Assembly: GCF_963921235.1 (NCBI RefSeq)
Contig: NC_086109.1
Span: forward strand, 32,924,001 to 32,988,000
Length of the DNA stretch: 64,000 nt
Reading direction: 5' to 3'
From: Mobula hypostoma
Lineage: Eukaryota
Both the position numbers and the translations under genes were made by a program. Below are positions 12,195-25,823 of this stretch, piece by piece. The notes beneath the pieces were generated by a model. That model ran no database searches, was not told where the DNA came from, and saw only the letters and a program-made list of their open reading frames with translations. Positions within the stretch are counted from its first letter, which is position 1, and each line of letters begins with the position of its first letter.

Positions 12195-13885
12195 AAATTG
12201 GATTAGATATTGGTTTTGTGGGAGAAGCCAGAAGGTTGCCTCTCTGACTGGAGGCCTGTGACTAGTGGAGTGCCACAGGGATCAGTTGTTTGTCATCTAT
12301 ATCAACCTGAATGATAATGTGGTGAACTGGATCAGCAAATTTGTGGAAGACACCAAGATTTGGGGTGTATAGATAGTGAGTTAGACTATCAAAGATTGCA
12401 GCAGGATCTGGACCAGCTGTAAAAATGGGCTGAAAAATGGCAGATGGAATTTAATGTACTTTGAGAGGACCAACCAGGGTAGATCTTACATGGTGAGTGG
12501 TAGGGCACTGAGGAGTGTGGTAGAACAGAGGAATCTGGGAATATAGATCCATAATTTCATGAAAGTGGTGTTACAGGTAGATAGGGTTGTAAAAAAAGCT
12601 TTTGGAACATTGGCCTTCATAAATCAATATATGGAGTACAGGAGTTGGGAAGTTACGTTGAAGTTATACAAGACCTTGGTCAGGCCTAATTTGGAGTATT
12701 GTGTGCAGTTTTGGTCACTACCTACATTAGATTAGATTAGATTATGAGGACACGCAGTCCTCTTTTATTGTTATTTAGTAATGCATGCATTAAGAAATGA
12801 TACAATGTTCCTCCAGAATGATATCACAGAAACACAAGACAAACCAAGACTGAAAAACTGACAAAAACCACATAATTATAACATATAGTTACAACAGTGC
12901 AAAGCAATACTGTAATTTGATAAAGAACAGACCATGGGCACGGTAAAAAAAAAAGTTTCAAAGTCTCTCAAAAATCCCATCATCTCACGCAGACGGGAGA
13001 TGGAAGAAAAACTCTCCCTGCCATGAGTTTCCAGTGCCGCAAACTAGCTGATGCAGCACTCTGGAAGCACCCGACCACAGCCAACTCTTGAGTCTGTCCG
13101 AAAACTTCAAGCCTCCAACCAGCCCTCCAACACCGAGCACCATCTCTGTCGAGCGCTTCGACCCCGGCCCCGGCAACAGGCAATAGGCAAAGTCTAGGAT
13201 TTGGGGCCTTCCCCTCTGGAGGTTCTCAACCGCACAGTAGCAGCGGCAGCGAAGCGGGCATTCCAGGAGCTTCTACAAACGTTCCTCCGTGCTCTCACGT
13301 CTATCTCCATCAAATCAGGATTGTGCACGGTACCTACTTAACAAATACAATATCATTTCAGAGCGGCTGCGTGCGCTGCGTCGCGTCGCCATCTTCTCCT
13401 CCCCTTTATAGGAAAGATGTAAATATATTGAAAGACTGCAGCGAATATTTACATGGAGGTTGCCAGGAATTGAGGACCCGAGTTATAAGGAAAACTTGTA
13501 CAGGTAGGACTTTGTTCCCTAGAATGTAGCAGACTGAGGGCAGATTTGACAGAGGCATAAAAAACACGAGGGTATAGATAGGGTAAACACGAGCGGCCTT
13601 TTTCTACTGAGGTTGGGTGAGACTGCAGCTAGAGGTCATGGGTTAAGGGAGAAAGGTGAAGTGCTTAAAGGGAGTATGAGGAGAAGCATCTTCACTCAGA
13701 GAGTGTGGAACGAGCTGCCAGTGGGGTCGATTTCAACATTTAACAGAAATTTCCACAGGTACAGTGAAGAGAGGGGTATGGAGGGCTGTGGTCTGCATGC
13801 AGGTTTATTGGCCTAGGTAGATTAATGTTTTGACATGGACTAGTTGGGTTGAAGGACCTGTAATGTTCTATGACACTACGACTCT
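12195..13885 (+). mobile_element. CR1 LINE 3' fragment split by a nested element
   Basis: GCCTGTGACTAGTGGAGTGCCACAGGG, GGCCTAATTTGGAGTATTGTGTGCAG; resumes at about 13405 (GGAAAGATG); tail TTCTATGACACTACGACTCT. Confidence 0.8.
12727..13402 (-). mobile_element. Non-autonomous retroposon (CpG-rich head, (TAATC)n tail) nested in CR1
   Basis: Minus-strand start GGAGAAGATGGCGACGCGACGC; LINE-like 3' end with TCTAA repeats at 12727-12743; no credible ORF. Confidence 0.7.
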
Positions 13886-15974
13886 TTCAGTCTTTCTGAC
13901 ATCATTACATGGTAGAGCAGAGATGGCTGAAGGCAGCACAGAAAAGAGAAGAGCTTCTTTCTAGTTTCAGTTTTCTTCTTTATTGCCAAGATCTGAAATG
14001 ACATTATACAAAGACATAAATATCAATATCAATCGGGACACACCAGTTGCATTTCCTCATCTGGCCAAATGTTCCCTGCTGTGTTTTTTAAAAAATTCTT
14101 TTAGAGGAGGCAGGGAAACAGAGAGAGAGAGAGATCAATGAGAGATCAAAAGAAAGTGTGCAAGGACAGCATGGACTTACCAAATTCTCGTTTATTTCCC
14201 GTTGGGAGAAATTTACATTCCAATTGCTTTAGTGATTAGTTTATAGTTACACAGAAATAAAACTTCCAACTTCCTACAGAGACTTTTCCCAATTGATGTA
14301 TCTTATGTTTATTTTCTTGTAGAGAAATATTTAGCTTCGTATTTCCCCCAGCTACCCTGTCTTTAAAATGTTCTTCTCAAATTTATGAATTCAATTGTAT
14401 AATAAACTTGCCCCAGATAAGATTTATTCTAAAAATATATCCATTCCTGTTTTCTTCTCTTCAATAACTACCAAACACTAACAAGTTTTCTTCCAATTGC
14501 ATATACTGTAAATTTGCAGGTCTTCAGCATGATTTATCATCAGTAAGTTCCTCCATATTTTCTTACAACTCATACAAGAGGATATCCACAGAGAGATAAT
14601 TTATTGATCCTAAAGAAAATTATAGTGTCACAGTAGCATTACAAGTGCGCATATATGCAAACGTTAGAGAAGAAGTTAAAAAAAATAAGTTACCTCGAAC
14701 AGTCTATCAGGAGGGATCATCACTTCCCTGGCTATAGGTTGACTCATTATAGAGCCTAATGGCCGAGGGTAAGAATGACCTCATATAGCGCTCTTTGGAG
14801 CAGCACAGTTGTCTTAGTCTATTACTAAAACAGCTGGCATGCAGAGGGTGAGAAACATTGCCCAGCACGGAAACAGCAAATGCATAGTACAGCTAGTTGC
14901 TATTGATCTGGAAATTGCAATGAAAAAATAGTGAGGCAATTAAAATGGAGGGAATCTGACAGTAACACCTGGAAAAGGCACATGCACAGTTGAAGAAGGA
15001 AATCTAGAAATTAATATCTGTGCTATTCACTTCTCCACAGAATATTCTGTTACACCATTCTTGTGCAATCAGTAAAAATGAGTTTTTTTCTTATTAAATG
15101 ATGTACAGTTGAGTTTTTAAAACCATATTAATTACTTCATAGAAACCTCTCTGGCTCTGAAAAACTAAATTCCTCAGTTAATTATTTCAAAAAATTATAT
15201 ACCTATTAAAATAATAGAACATAATTTATTTCAGTTTTTAAGGTCTATTCAATTGCTTCAGTTTATCTCGTGTCTCTGTCCTAATTTTCATTTTGTTCCA
15301 TAATTATGGCCATTATTGGAAATGGAACTTTAGTTATTTAAATTGTTAGACATTTTCTTAGAAAGTTAAAATTTAACATTATTTAGCCCAAAACTTAACA
15401 GATAATATGATTACAATTATAGATTAGAAATTCCAACCACTTGAAGTTTATTAAATGTTGAGATGAGAATTTGCAGTTACCATTGCGATATAATACTACT
15501 GCACAGCCTTGTGAATTTAACAAGACAGGGGTACAGAGCAGATGGTTCGGATCCTTTATTCACAAGGACATCTTATTATTTCAGCTAAATTATCAGAAAA
15601 TAAGTATTAGAGTTTTTTTCTTCCTTCTCTGCTAAGAGTGAGAACTGAACAATGTGACAGGTTGTTAGGTTAGAATTAAGGCATCATCGTACCTGGATCT
15701 GCTATAGCTGATTGCCTGATGTTTTCCACGGTGACTGAGAGGTTTTTGTAGATATGTAGCTTTCTTCAAAGTCTGTTGCAATTTTCAGACTAAATGATAC
15801 TATGCACCGACAGATTTTAAAGCTTTCTCAACCCAACTTCCATGTAGAATAAATGTTTAGAAAGTGGAGCAAGTCTTTTCCCCTGCAAACTGTTCTAAAA
15901 ATAGTAATGATATCACTGGTCTCAAACTTAATCAATAATCACCCAATCTTTTATTTTGATTAGTTTTATTTGTC

Positions 15975-16281
15975 CCATACACATCAAAATATCAAAACGT
16001 ACAGTGAAATTCATCATTTGCATTAATGACCAACACAATTCAAGGGTGGGCTAAGGCAGCCAGCAAGCACCACCACTCTTCTGACACAAACATAGCATGC
16101 CCACAACCTACCAACCCTAACCCATACATCTTTGGAATGTGGAAGGAAACCCGAGCACCTGGAGAAAATCCACGAAGTTGTAGGAAGAACATACAAACTC
16201 ATTACAGACAGCGGAGGGAAACAGACCCAGTTCGCTGACGCTGTGAAGTGTTATGCTAACCGTTGTGTTACCATAGCGCCT
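15975..16281 (-). mobile_element. V-SINE-like tRNA-derived SINE
   Basis: Minus strand has a tRNA-like head and V-domain GTGGATTTTCTCCAGGTGCTCGGGTTTCCTTCCAC. Confidence 0.75.
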
Positions 16282-16689
16282 GAACTGGATGGGTTAGTGT
16301 TAATTAGTTTTCTCCAGTATCTATAATTCTAATGATGACTATTTTTGGAAGTGGAACTCCATTGCTTTTCTTAGCAAATTGTATATTTAGGATTGTTACC
16401 ACAAACTTTGACAGGTCTATTCAGAATTACTAATTCTGGCAATGATCAGTTTCTTAAATGTTGTGAAAAGCATATCCAGTTATTACCGTAATAGAATATC
16501 ATGTTATTTAATGGTACCTACAATGGTGAAATAAAGTAATTACAATAAGCTTGTGAATTTAAAAACAGCAGGACAGGTGTACAGAGCTGATGGGATAGTC
16601 CTTTACTCACAAGGATATCTCATTCTTATCTCAGGTAAAGTCATTCTAATAACAATCACTTGTTTTCTAGGCTTCAGGTGTTAAATGGA

Positions 16690-17140
16690 GACACAAGAAG
16701 CTGCAGAGGCTGTAGTCTATGGCATCAAACAACATGCTGGAGGAACTCAGGGGACTGAGAGGCACTGTAGGGGAGAAGGTGTTGTCAATGTTGCAATTTG
16801 AAACACTGCATCAGGCCTGAAAGTGATCAAGGGAGGTAGCCAGTATAAAGAAGGGAGAGAGGGTGGAGTGAGACAGGGGCCGATGTGAAATTGATGAAGG
16901 GTAAAGGATGACAGACAGAATGACCCAGGTGGGGGAGGGGGAGAGGGAGAGGGTAGGGGAGGGGAAAGGGAATGTAGAGGTAGAGGAGGAGTGGAATTAG
17001 CAGATCGAGACAGATAGATGACTGATAGAAGCAGACAAACTAAAGGAGGCGGATGAAACCAGAATAGCAGAGAGAAGGGTGAAGGTGGAGACAGCTGGGA
17101 GGGTGATAAGCAGTGTTAAATGTAGATAGATGCTCTCTGC
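16690..17140 (-). mobile_element. Old Penelope-like pLTR fragment with purine-rich tract
   Basis: ATGCTGGAGGAACTCAG head followed by G/A-rich body resembling 53.9-54.2 kb. Confidence 0.55.
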
Positions 17141-18239
17141 AGGGTACTTAAGTCTAAAGATAGGTCTCACTAATTTAATTAGCTCAAACAAAAGTCAACA
17201 TAAAGAGAATATTCAAAGTGTAGCATTTAAAAAGGTTTTCTGGTGAGAATGAAGCACATAATTAAATATTTTACAGTTTCAACATGATGACTGAATTTTG
17301 TGACAGTAACTTTCTCAGTATGTCTTGGGCATGGGGATTGGCATGCTTCACAAGTGATTATTTTAAAAGATTGTCCATCCATGCCAGCAGTGGCCAGGGT
17401 TTGAGTTGAGTCATGACCCCCATTTACATGGATTCTAGAGTAGCTGAACTGGAGCTGTGGAGGCTTTGTAAAATGCTCCCTTGTAAACATGTGATAGTTC
17501 AACAGCTGAAGCAGTGATCCCTGCGTCCCATTGGAAGTACACTTATAGAGCACATAGAATCATCGGTATTTGTTCCAAGAGCTGAGCTTGCACTGAAATA
17601 TATACTTCCCAAGGTAGAACGTCCACGTTGGAGTTGTCTACATTGATTCTGTTGTAGTAATTATTCTATAGATTTGTTAACTATGTCCTCAAAAAATGAA
17701 TCTCAAGGTTGTATATGGTGACATATGTGTATTTGAATAATAAATTTACTTTGAACTTTGATGAGTATACAATCTTCCAAGTACGTCATTTTTAATTTTT
17801 CCTATGACAAATCAGATCATTAAATGTGGTGTAACAATTTCCCTTCATTATGTTTACTTCTGACTGTACTACATAAAGCCATTATTCACTGCTTTGACCT
17901 AACTTCTCTTTTTGCTGCCTTCTGCTACCTTGGTATTGCAAATTGTATGAGGCACAAACAGCTCAACGAAAGTGGGTGTAGCTTATTGAAGGGCTCTCAC
18001 AGACAACTCCAGAATTTTCTGTAAGCATCATTGTAGCCAGGAAGCAGTTAGTCACATAACACAATGGGATGATAGTCTTAAAATTGTCCTGTGATTAGGC
18101 TAGGAGTAAATCAAGGGATTGCTGTGCAGTGGAGCTCGAAGGGCTGATTCTGCATTGTATCTCAATAAATAATTAAATTGCAATATTTCATATATTATAC
18201 TTCTTTCCCCCATTGTAACATGTGTAGTGTGGTAGTGTA

Positions 18240-18812
18240 GTGCGTAGCTTCCACCGCTGGCTAGCAGTCTCACAGAAAGGAGAGCTGAATGTGTAAGTCT
18301 CTCCCAGCCAATACACAGCCTCTCCAACAGCAGGCCTCGTGTAGTGCCTCCTCACTGGCGACACACGGAAACTGAACTCCTTTCAGACTCTGGAGGACAG
18401 GGAGGAGGTCTGGCCCCTGCACACACAGCACGCAGGCTCACTGGCGTGTGGACACGCCCTGGTGCTCATGAACCAGATCCCCAGCTCTGGGTAAGTAGCC
18501 CTACTGCCTTGTGGGCTACCTCAGGAGAGACGAGGGCTACGGGAGTAAGCTCGGACAGAAAATACGGCATGCAGCTCCTAAGGTGGATGGACGTCACTGA
18601 ACATCCTTCCAGCAGCTCCTGCAGCCACACAGATGCCAAATGTATTGCTTCGCCTTCCTTTGGACTACACTGGTGAGGCCGAGGGGCGGATCTCAACGTC
18701 TGGACATTTCACGATCTCCATACCTCCTGGCCAGGCTTGTACCCTGGAGAGATCACTTCAGTGCCAAATGAAAACCTATTCTCCTTCGAGACAAATGGAT
18801 GCCATCATCACC
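18240..18812 (+). mobile_element. Non-coding RTE-like element (5'UTR-like body fused to RTE-type 3' end)
   Basis: GC-rich island; 3' end CTCCTTCGAGACAAATGGATGCCATCATCA resembles RTE tails; HDV-like core GCCTCCTCACTGGC at 18346-18359. Confidence 0.6.
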
Positions 18813-21161
18813 TCCCTTTTCCCTTTTACATATGAAAAAAGAATCTTATTTTAACATATTTGTTACTTTTATAAATGTGATTAAATCTCAAGATTTGCAC
18901 TCATAATTTCTCACAGCAGTATTGGTGGAACTTAATTAGAACTCACAGATTCAATAAACATTGTTGGAGTATTGTCTGTCTCTACAGTCAATGATGTTGG
19001 CTTATCTTGACTCTTATCAATAGTACTATGTGATGGTTCTTCATTCATAATTGTGCAATTCACACCAGGAAAGCCTTCAACCTCCTACTCTCCTTTGCTG
19101 TTTCCCATGGGCATGATGGACCAGAAAGGTGTACATGTACTTTTCAGAATTTTTCATCAGTCCTGACAGAATTATTCCGGTTGCTGTTCCATTTTTTCTT
19201 CACTGACCTGTCAAAAAGTGTCCATCCACAACCTCTCCAATGCAGACTGAACCACTTTTCCCTGTGGCTTTTGTTGTGATCCCCTCAGTCTGAACTACCC
19301 TTCCTCCAATTTGAGCTGAACAAGATTGACTATGCTCTGAATCTCCCACGCGATAGCTGTACTTCCAGAGAGTCTCCTGCTGCAGCTTGTGGGGTTGATC
19401 AAGAACACAGGACAACTGCTACACGTTGATGCTCTGAGGTGGTGTTCAACAGATCTGCTTCAGCTTGCTTCTTTAGTGATTCTCTTAATGCATGAAATGA
19501 CCTTTTCACTTTGAAGGTCCTTTCCTGAGTGCACAAGCTCATCAGGAGACACAAGGCAATTAATAGCTTATTCAAGGACTTCTGATGAAGGGACTCAGCC
19601 TGAGACATCGGACTGTTTACTCTTTTCCATAGATGCTGCCTGACCTGCTGAGTTCCACCAGCATTTTGTGTGTGTGTTATTCTACATAGACTGCCTCTGT
19701 GGATAACATGGCTGCATGCTCAAAATGAGCAACTAGCAACATGAGGTAACTATTGAGTGACCTACAACAGCCAGTTACAGAAGTGATTTTGTGCCTGTTG
19801 TGTTCCATCACTTCATATTCAGACAGTTTCTGTGCCTCATCACCTCTGGTTGTGGCAGTACTTCTCTCTTGTGACGTCTGCTTTGCTTGATATTGGCCGA
19901 AGGGCATCATAACTCCAAATTCCAGTTTCTCATGCAGATTTGTGATTATATTCAGGCTTGGACTCACCTCTTGGGAGACTGAGAGTCAACGAGTGACACA
20001 ACGTGGAAATATGCCCCTTGGTCAAACTAATCCATGCTGGCTCTGTTGCCCAGCAAGCCCGCTCCATCTGGCCATATTTGGCCCATAGCCCTCCTCACCT
20101 CCTGTGCATGTACTTACCTAGATGGCTTTTACATGTTGCCAATGTGTCCACCTCAACCACTATTTATGACAGCTCATTCCAAATACACACCACCCATTGT
20201 GTGAAGAAGCCACTCACACCACTCCTTTCAAATCCTTCATCTCTGATGTTAAATCCTTCATCTCTGAGGTTTTTTAGCAAACCTTTTGAGATGAAGACTA
20301 TGTACCTCTACTCTGTCCATGCCTCTCGTGATCTTATATACCTCCATCAGGTTATCTTTCAATCTCCTATACTCAAGGGAATAAATTCTTAGTATCAGCT
20401 GCCTCTCCTCTTAACTCAGGCTCCTTGTTCCAGGCGACATCATGGTAAATCTTTCCTGCACTCCTTTTAGTTCAAAAACATCTTTCCTGTTGTAAGCTGA
20501 CCAAAGCTATACACAATACTCCAACTGGGGCCTCTCCAATGCTTTATACAACGGTATAACTTCCCAATTCCTATTCTGTTTGCCCTGATTGATGAAGGCC
20601 AGTGGTCCAGGTGCCTTCTTCACCACCTTGTTTATTTGTGACTCCACTTTCAGAGAACTATGCACTTCCATATCATTCTCCAGGACCCTGCCATATACTG
20701 TGTAAGTCCTACCCTGGTCAGAGTTCTCAAAATCCAATACCTCACATTTATTGGCTTGAAAGCCATTTGCCGTCCTTTAGGCCACATATCCAGCTGATCA
20801 AGATCCTCTTGTAATTTTTTTTATAATCTTCTATGTTATCGACAACACCACCTATCTGACTACCATCTGTAAGCTTACTAACCAGGTCTTGTACATTCAC
20901 ACCAAAATAGTTTATGTACATTGTAAATATCAAAGGTCTTACTACCGACCTGTGGCACACCACAAGACACAGGCCTCCAATCTGAGAAAGAACTTTCAAC
21001 CATCACCCTTTATTTCCGAGCACTGAGTCAATTACAAATCCAATTCACTCCCTCCTCTTGGATCCCATACTAGATAACCCTCCAGACTAACCTGCTATAT
21101 GGGATCTAGTTAAAGACTTTGCTAAAGTTAACATCTATTGTCCTACTCTCTTGATTACTTC

Positions 21162-21393
21162 TGTAGTAACTTCTACTTTGAAAAAGACACACTCGACAAC
21201 TTCATGCCAAAGAAACAACTTTATCTCGAACATCAAAACTGTTATATACAGAGGCTTTCACAACCCGTACGGCATGGCAGGAACACTATATACACAGCAC
21301 ACCGGAAGCAAAAAGAACGGAAAGTAGAACCACCCCCCCCCCCATTATCCTAATTAGTATTAACTTACTTTTAATAATGCTCACATTACAACA
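21162..21393 (-). repeat. Gypsy 3' LTR
   Basis: Direct repeat of 25591-25823; abuts the polypurine tract. Confidence 0.95.
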
Positions 21394-21569
21394 CTTCTCC
21401 CCCTTTAAAATCCAACATCCCCAAACTAGGAAATAAAAACAGTGGTGTTATTAACTTGCGTACCCATGAAAACTTATACTAGTATCTCAGCAATAGTTTA
21501 CCAATACAAAACATCTGGAAAACGTGACAGATTCAACATTCAATCTAACAACACAAAAGAACTGTCCCA

Positions 21570-24500
21570 TCAAAGATTCAGTCTGTCAGGAGATCTACAA
21601 GTGCGCTGTGATCTGCGCACTGCCCCCGGTGACCCAGCAGGCACCGCTGGTGAGGGTGTTTTGGGTGGATCTGGTTTTGGGGGCATGAGAGAGGTCCATG
21701 CGTCTGCGTGAGAATGACCATCCTCCCCAGGGGACCCCGACCCCTCTGCCAGCATCTCGCCCTCTGGCAAAGTCACTGATGAACATGCTTCCACCGTAGT
21801 CTGACTCACAAATGGAAACTCCATGGAACTGTCTGCGTCTGAGCCGGTATCATGACACAGGTGCACACGGTCCTGATCTCTGCGGAAAACACGCCCATCA
21901 GTCAGATTAACAACATAGGAGACAGGACCACTCTGCTTAAGAACAACCCCAGGCAGCCATTGCTGATTGTCATCCAGTTTTAACTGCCTCTCTCACACAT
22001 GTTGATCGTGCCCCTCCTTCTGCTTATCTTGCTTTCTCTGCACTTTTGCCTTCATGTCCAATCTTGACTTGGGCCTATGCCCCATCAGCATCTCTGCTGG
22101 AGTGAGGGCAGTCGTAGTCTGTGGCGTGGAGTGGTATTTAAACAGGAAACGTGAAAGCCGAATGCTAAGAGTGTCCTCTGTAATCTGCTTCAGGCCTGCC
22201 TTCACTGTCAGAACAGCCTGCTCAGCCAAACCATTGGAGGCTGGGTGGAAAGGGGCTGTCTGAATGTGATGAATGCCATTCTGCTGCATGAACTCACTGA
22301 ACAGTTCACTGGTGAACGTCGGGCCATTATCAGTGACCAGAGTGTCAGGCAACCCATGGACTGCAAACACTTGCCTGAGTTTGTCTATGGTTGAGGGGGC
22401 TGTGATGTTGCTCATGATGTGAGCTTCAATCCATTTAGAATGTGCATCTACCATGACAAGAAACATCTGCCCCATAAAAGGGCCAGCAAAATCCAAATGT
22501 AGCCTAGACCAGGGGTGGTCTGGCACAGTCCCATGGGTGTAAAGGAGCTGGTGGTGGCATATTCTGATTAGTCTGACATTGCGTGCATGATTTTACCTTG
22601 TTCTCCAGATCCTGATCCATTCCTGGCCACCAAACGTAGGATCTTGCAAGGCTTTTCATCAGACACACTCCTGGGTGAGTCTCATGAATTTCCTCCACAA
22701 TCTGTGAATGGCCAGGGGAAGACACAACGACCCTCGCCCCCCCCCCCCAGAAAATGCAGCCATCCTGCCGACTGAGTTCTGTCTTGCGTTTGGCATAAGG
22801 CCTCAGTTCCTCTCCTTCCACGACTCTGGGACAGCCTTGTAAAAGAGAAGTCTTGACCTGGGACAGGACTGGGTCCCTCTCTGTCCACTGCCTGATCTGG
22901 GTCACCTTTACAGGTGTCTCTGACAACCTCTCCAATGGAAACACAGTCTCTGGAGGCACATATGTAGTAACAGGTGTCTCAGGTAAAGGTAGTCGACTCA
23001 GTGCATCAGCACTTGCATTATTCCCAGCCGCTCTGTACACTATAGTGTACCGGTAGGCTGACAATGTAAGAGCCCAACGCTGTATCCTGGCTGACGCTAG
23101 CGGTGGGATGCATCTAGTCTCACTGAACTGGCTCATCAGTGGTTTATGGTCCATGTAAATTGTAATTACACGTTCATAAAAGTACTGATGGAAGTGTTTG
23201 ACAGCAAAAACAATGGCCAGACCTTCTTTGTCTAGCTGTGAATATCCCTTCTCAGCAGCTGTCAGGGTACATGAAGCAAAACCAATAGGCTTCTCTGAAC
23301 GGTCCTCCATTACATGTGAGAGAACTGCCCCGACTCCATAGGGCGAGGCATCACATGCCAGGGTGATCTCCTTGTCTGGGTCATAGTGAACAAGCAGTTT
23401 CGCTGAGTGGAGGAGTTCTTTCACTTCCTTGAAAGCTTTCTCCTGCTCTTCACCCCACTGCCACTTAGTGTCATTGTGAAGCAGCTTATACAGTGGGGTC
23501 AAAGCCCTTGAGAGGTCCGGAAGAAACTTGCCATAATAATTCACCATGCTCAAATATGATCTGAGTCCTGTGACGGTCTTAGGGCTTGGGGCTTCCTTAA
23601 TAGCTCTCACTTTGTCCTCCATAGGGCAAAGCCCCTCAGCTGTGATCTTGTGTCCCAGGTAAGTCACACGATGCCAGGAACACACATTTTCCACGTTTCA
23701 ACCATAGCCCTGCGTCTGAGAGCCTCTTCAGCACCCATTCTAAGTTAGCCAGATGCTCCACCTCCGTAGCCCCTGTGATCAATATATCATCAAGATACAC
23801 TGCTACGTGTGGAATCCCCTGCAGCAAAGTGTCCATTGTCCTTTGGAAAATGGCAGGGTTGGACGCCACTCCAAACACCAGGCGATGGTACTTGAATATT
23901 CCCTTGTGCGTATTAATTGTGACATATTCCTTTGAATCCTCGTCGAGCAGCAGCTGTTGGTAGGCGTGGCTCATGTCCAGCTTTGTAAACAGCCTACCCC
24001 CTGACAGGGTCACAAGCAGGTCATCCACCCGTGGCAATGGGTACTCCTCCAGCCAACAGACCTGATTCACCGTAAGCATATAATCCCCACGTATCCTCAC
24101 CATTTTGTCTGCTTTCAAAACTGGAACAATGGGAGCCGACCACTTTGAAAACTGGACGGGCTCAATAATGCCCAGCCTCTGTAAACGTTTCAGCTCCTCC
24201 TCGAATTTGCCTTTCATGGCATAGGGCACCGACCTGGGTTTAAAAAAACGTGGTCTAGCCTCAGGGTCGACATGCAGTTTCACAGTCATGCCCTTCAGTG
24301 TTCCCAGCTCGTCCCTGAAAACGTCACTGTACCGCTGCAGAATGTCCTCCATCGTGTATGCATACTTAATTTCATGCCAGTTTAGCCAGATTTTGCAAAG
24401 CCAATCGCGACCCAAAAGACTGGGACCCTTCCCTTAGCTATCACTAGCCTGGCTTCAGCCTTCTGACCCCCAGCTGAAATGTCCACATATAACACCCCTA

Positions 24501-25516
24501 ACTGAGGTATGGACTGCCCCGTATATGTCCTAAATTTGAGCTTTGAGGGTCTAATGGGTGGCAGGTTGGACCCCCATGTCCTCCTGTAGGTCTCCTCACT
24601 GATACAGTAGCCCCTGAATCAATCTCAAACTTAATGTCCTTTCCCCTGACAGCGACTGTGGCATAATATGGTTCAGGTGGTTCCTCATCTGTTTCCATTG
24701 CAAACATGTTGTAGGCACACGCTGCCTCTTCATCTGCTTCTTCTAGATGGTGTGTGGCTGCCTGAGCCTGTTGAGCTTTCTCCTGCCCAGGCTTAATCTT
24801 ACCCTTTGAACTTCTGCACTTTTTAGCTAAATGTCCCTTTTCGCTACAAGCATGGCAGACAGTGTCTTTAAATTTGCAATCATTTGCATAGTGCGTCCCT
24901 CCACACCGGAAACATTCCACCCGCTTTGCCTGTTTACCAGTCTCCCTCCTGACTTGGTGCACTGCTGCCAAATGCGACCCCCCATGTCCTTTCTGGATAT
25001 CCTTGACATTATTAGCAGCCACCTCCATGCCTTGGGCAATCTCTAAGGCTTTCCTGAAAGTCAGCGGTGGGGTTTCCCCTAGCAGGCGGCGTTGTATGCC
25101 ATCATTATTAATGCCACATACTAATCTATCACAGAGCATGTCATACAACACCACTCTGAAATCACAATGTTCCGACAGCTGCTGAAGCTCGGCCACAAAA
25201 TTGGCCACAGACTGACCTGGCTTCCTGAAACAGCTGTGAAGCTTACACTGTTGGACTATCGCAGAAGATTTTGGATTGTAGTGGTTCCCCACGAACTTGA
25301 CCAGTTTGTTATATGGAATGTCCCCGGTTTCTGCGGTGTGGCTAAATTCCTTATTAGCTTGTAATTCTTTGCCCCACACACACTCAGGAGAATAGAACGC
25401 TTCTTAGCCTCCTCAGTAATTCCATTAGCACAGAAAAAGTGTCCAAACCTTTCCTCATACTCCGGCCAGTCCTCGTTTCCTTCCAAAAATTCACCGATAG
25501 TTCCAAACTTAGCCAC
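21570..25516 (-). pseudogene. Gypsy gag-pol, broken by several frameshifts/stops
   Basis: Two zinc knuckles CFRCGGTHYANDC and CHACSEKGHLAKKC; protease FEIDSGA; RT YLDDILI; RNase H CDASPYGVGAVL; integrase HETH..CTQC, LHLDFAGPF, TDNGP, SNGLAE. Confidence 0.93.
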
Positions 25517-25590
25517 CTGAAACGTGAAGCTCCCGTTCGCAAAACGTGCCAATACGTTCACAAAACCAGTTCGCCTAGTCGCCAAAAATA

Positions 25591-25823
25591 TGTAGTAACT
25601 TCTACTTTGAAAAAGGCACACTCGACAACTTCATGCTAAAGAAACAACTTTATATTGAACTTCAAAACTGTTATGTATATACAGAGGCTTTCACCACCCG
25701 TACGGCATGGCAGGCACACTATATGCAAAAGCACACCGGAAATTAAAAAAAATAGAAGTAGAACCCCCCCCCCATTATCCTAATTAGTATTAACTTACTT
25801 TTAATAATGCTCACATTACAACA
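25591..25823 (-). repeat. Gypsy 5' LTR
   Basis: Direct repeat of 21162-21393; followed on the minus strand by the PBS. Confidence 0.95.

Larger units (their letters stand above)
21162..25823 (-). mobile_element. Full-length decayed Ty3/Gypsy LTR retrotransposon (Mag-like)
   Basis: Two LTRs of about 232 bp (TG...CA), 5-bp TSD ACTTC, PBS TGGCGACTAGG near 25575-25585, PPT 21394-21410, domain order gag-PR-RT-RH-IN. Confidence 0.96.

Noticed and set aside
19200..19967. Cluster of minus-strand ORFs
   Set aside because: No recognisable motif; interrupted by stops and a Penelope-like fragment.
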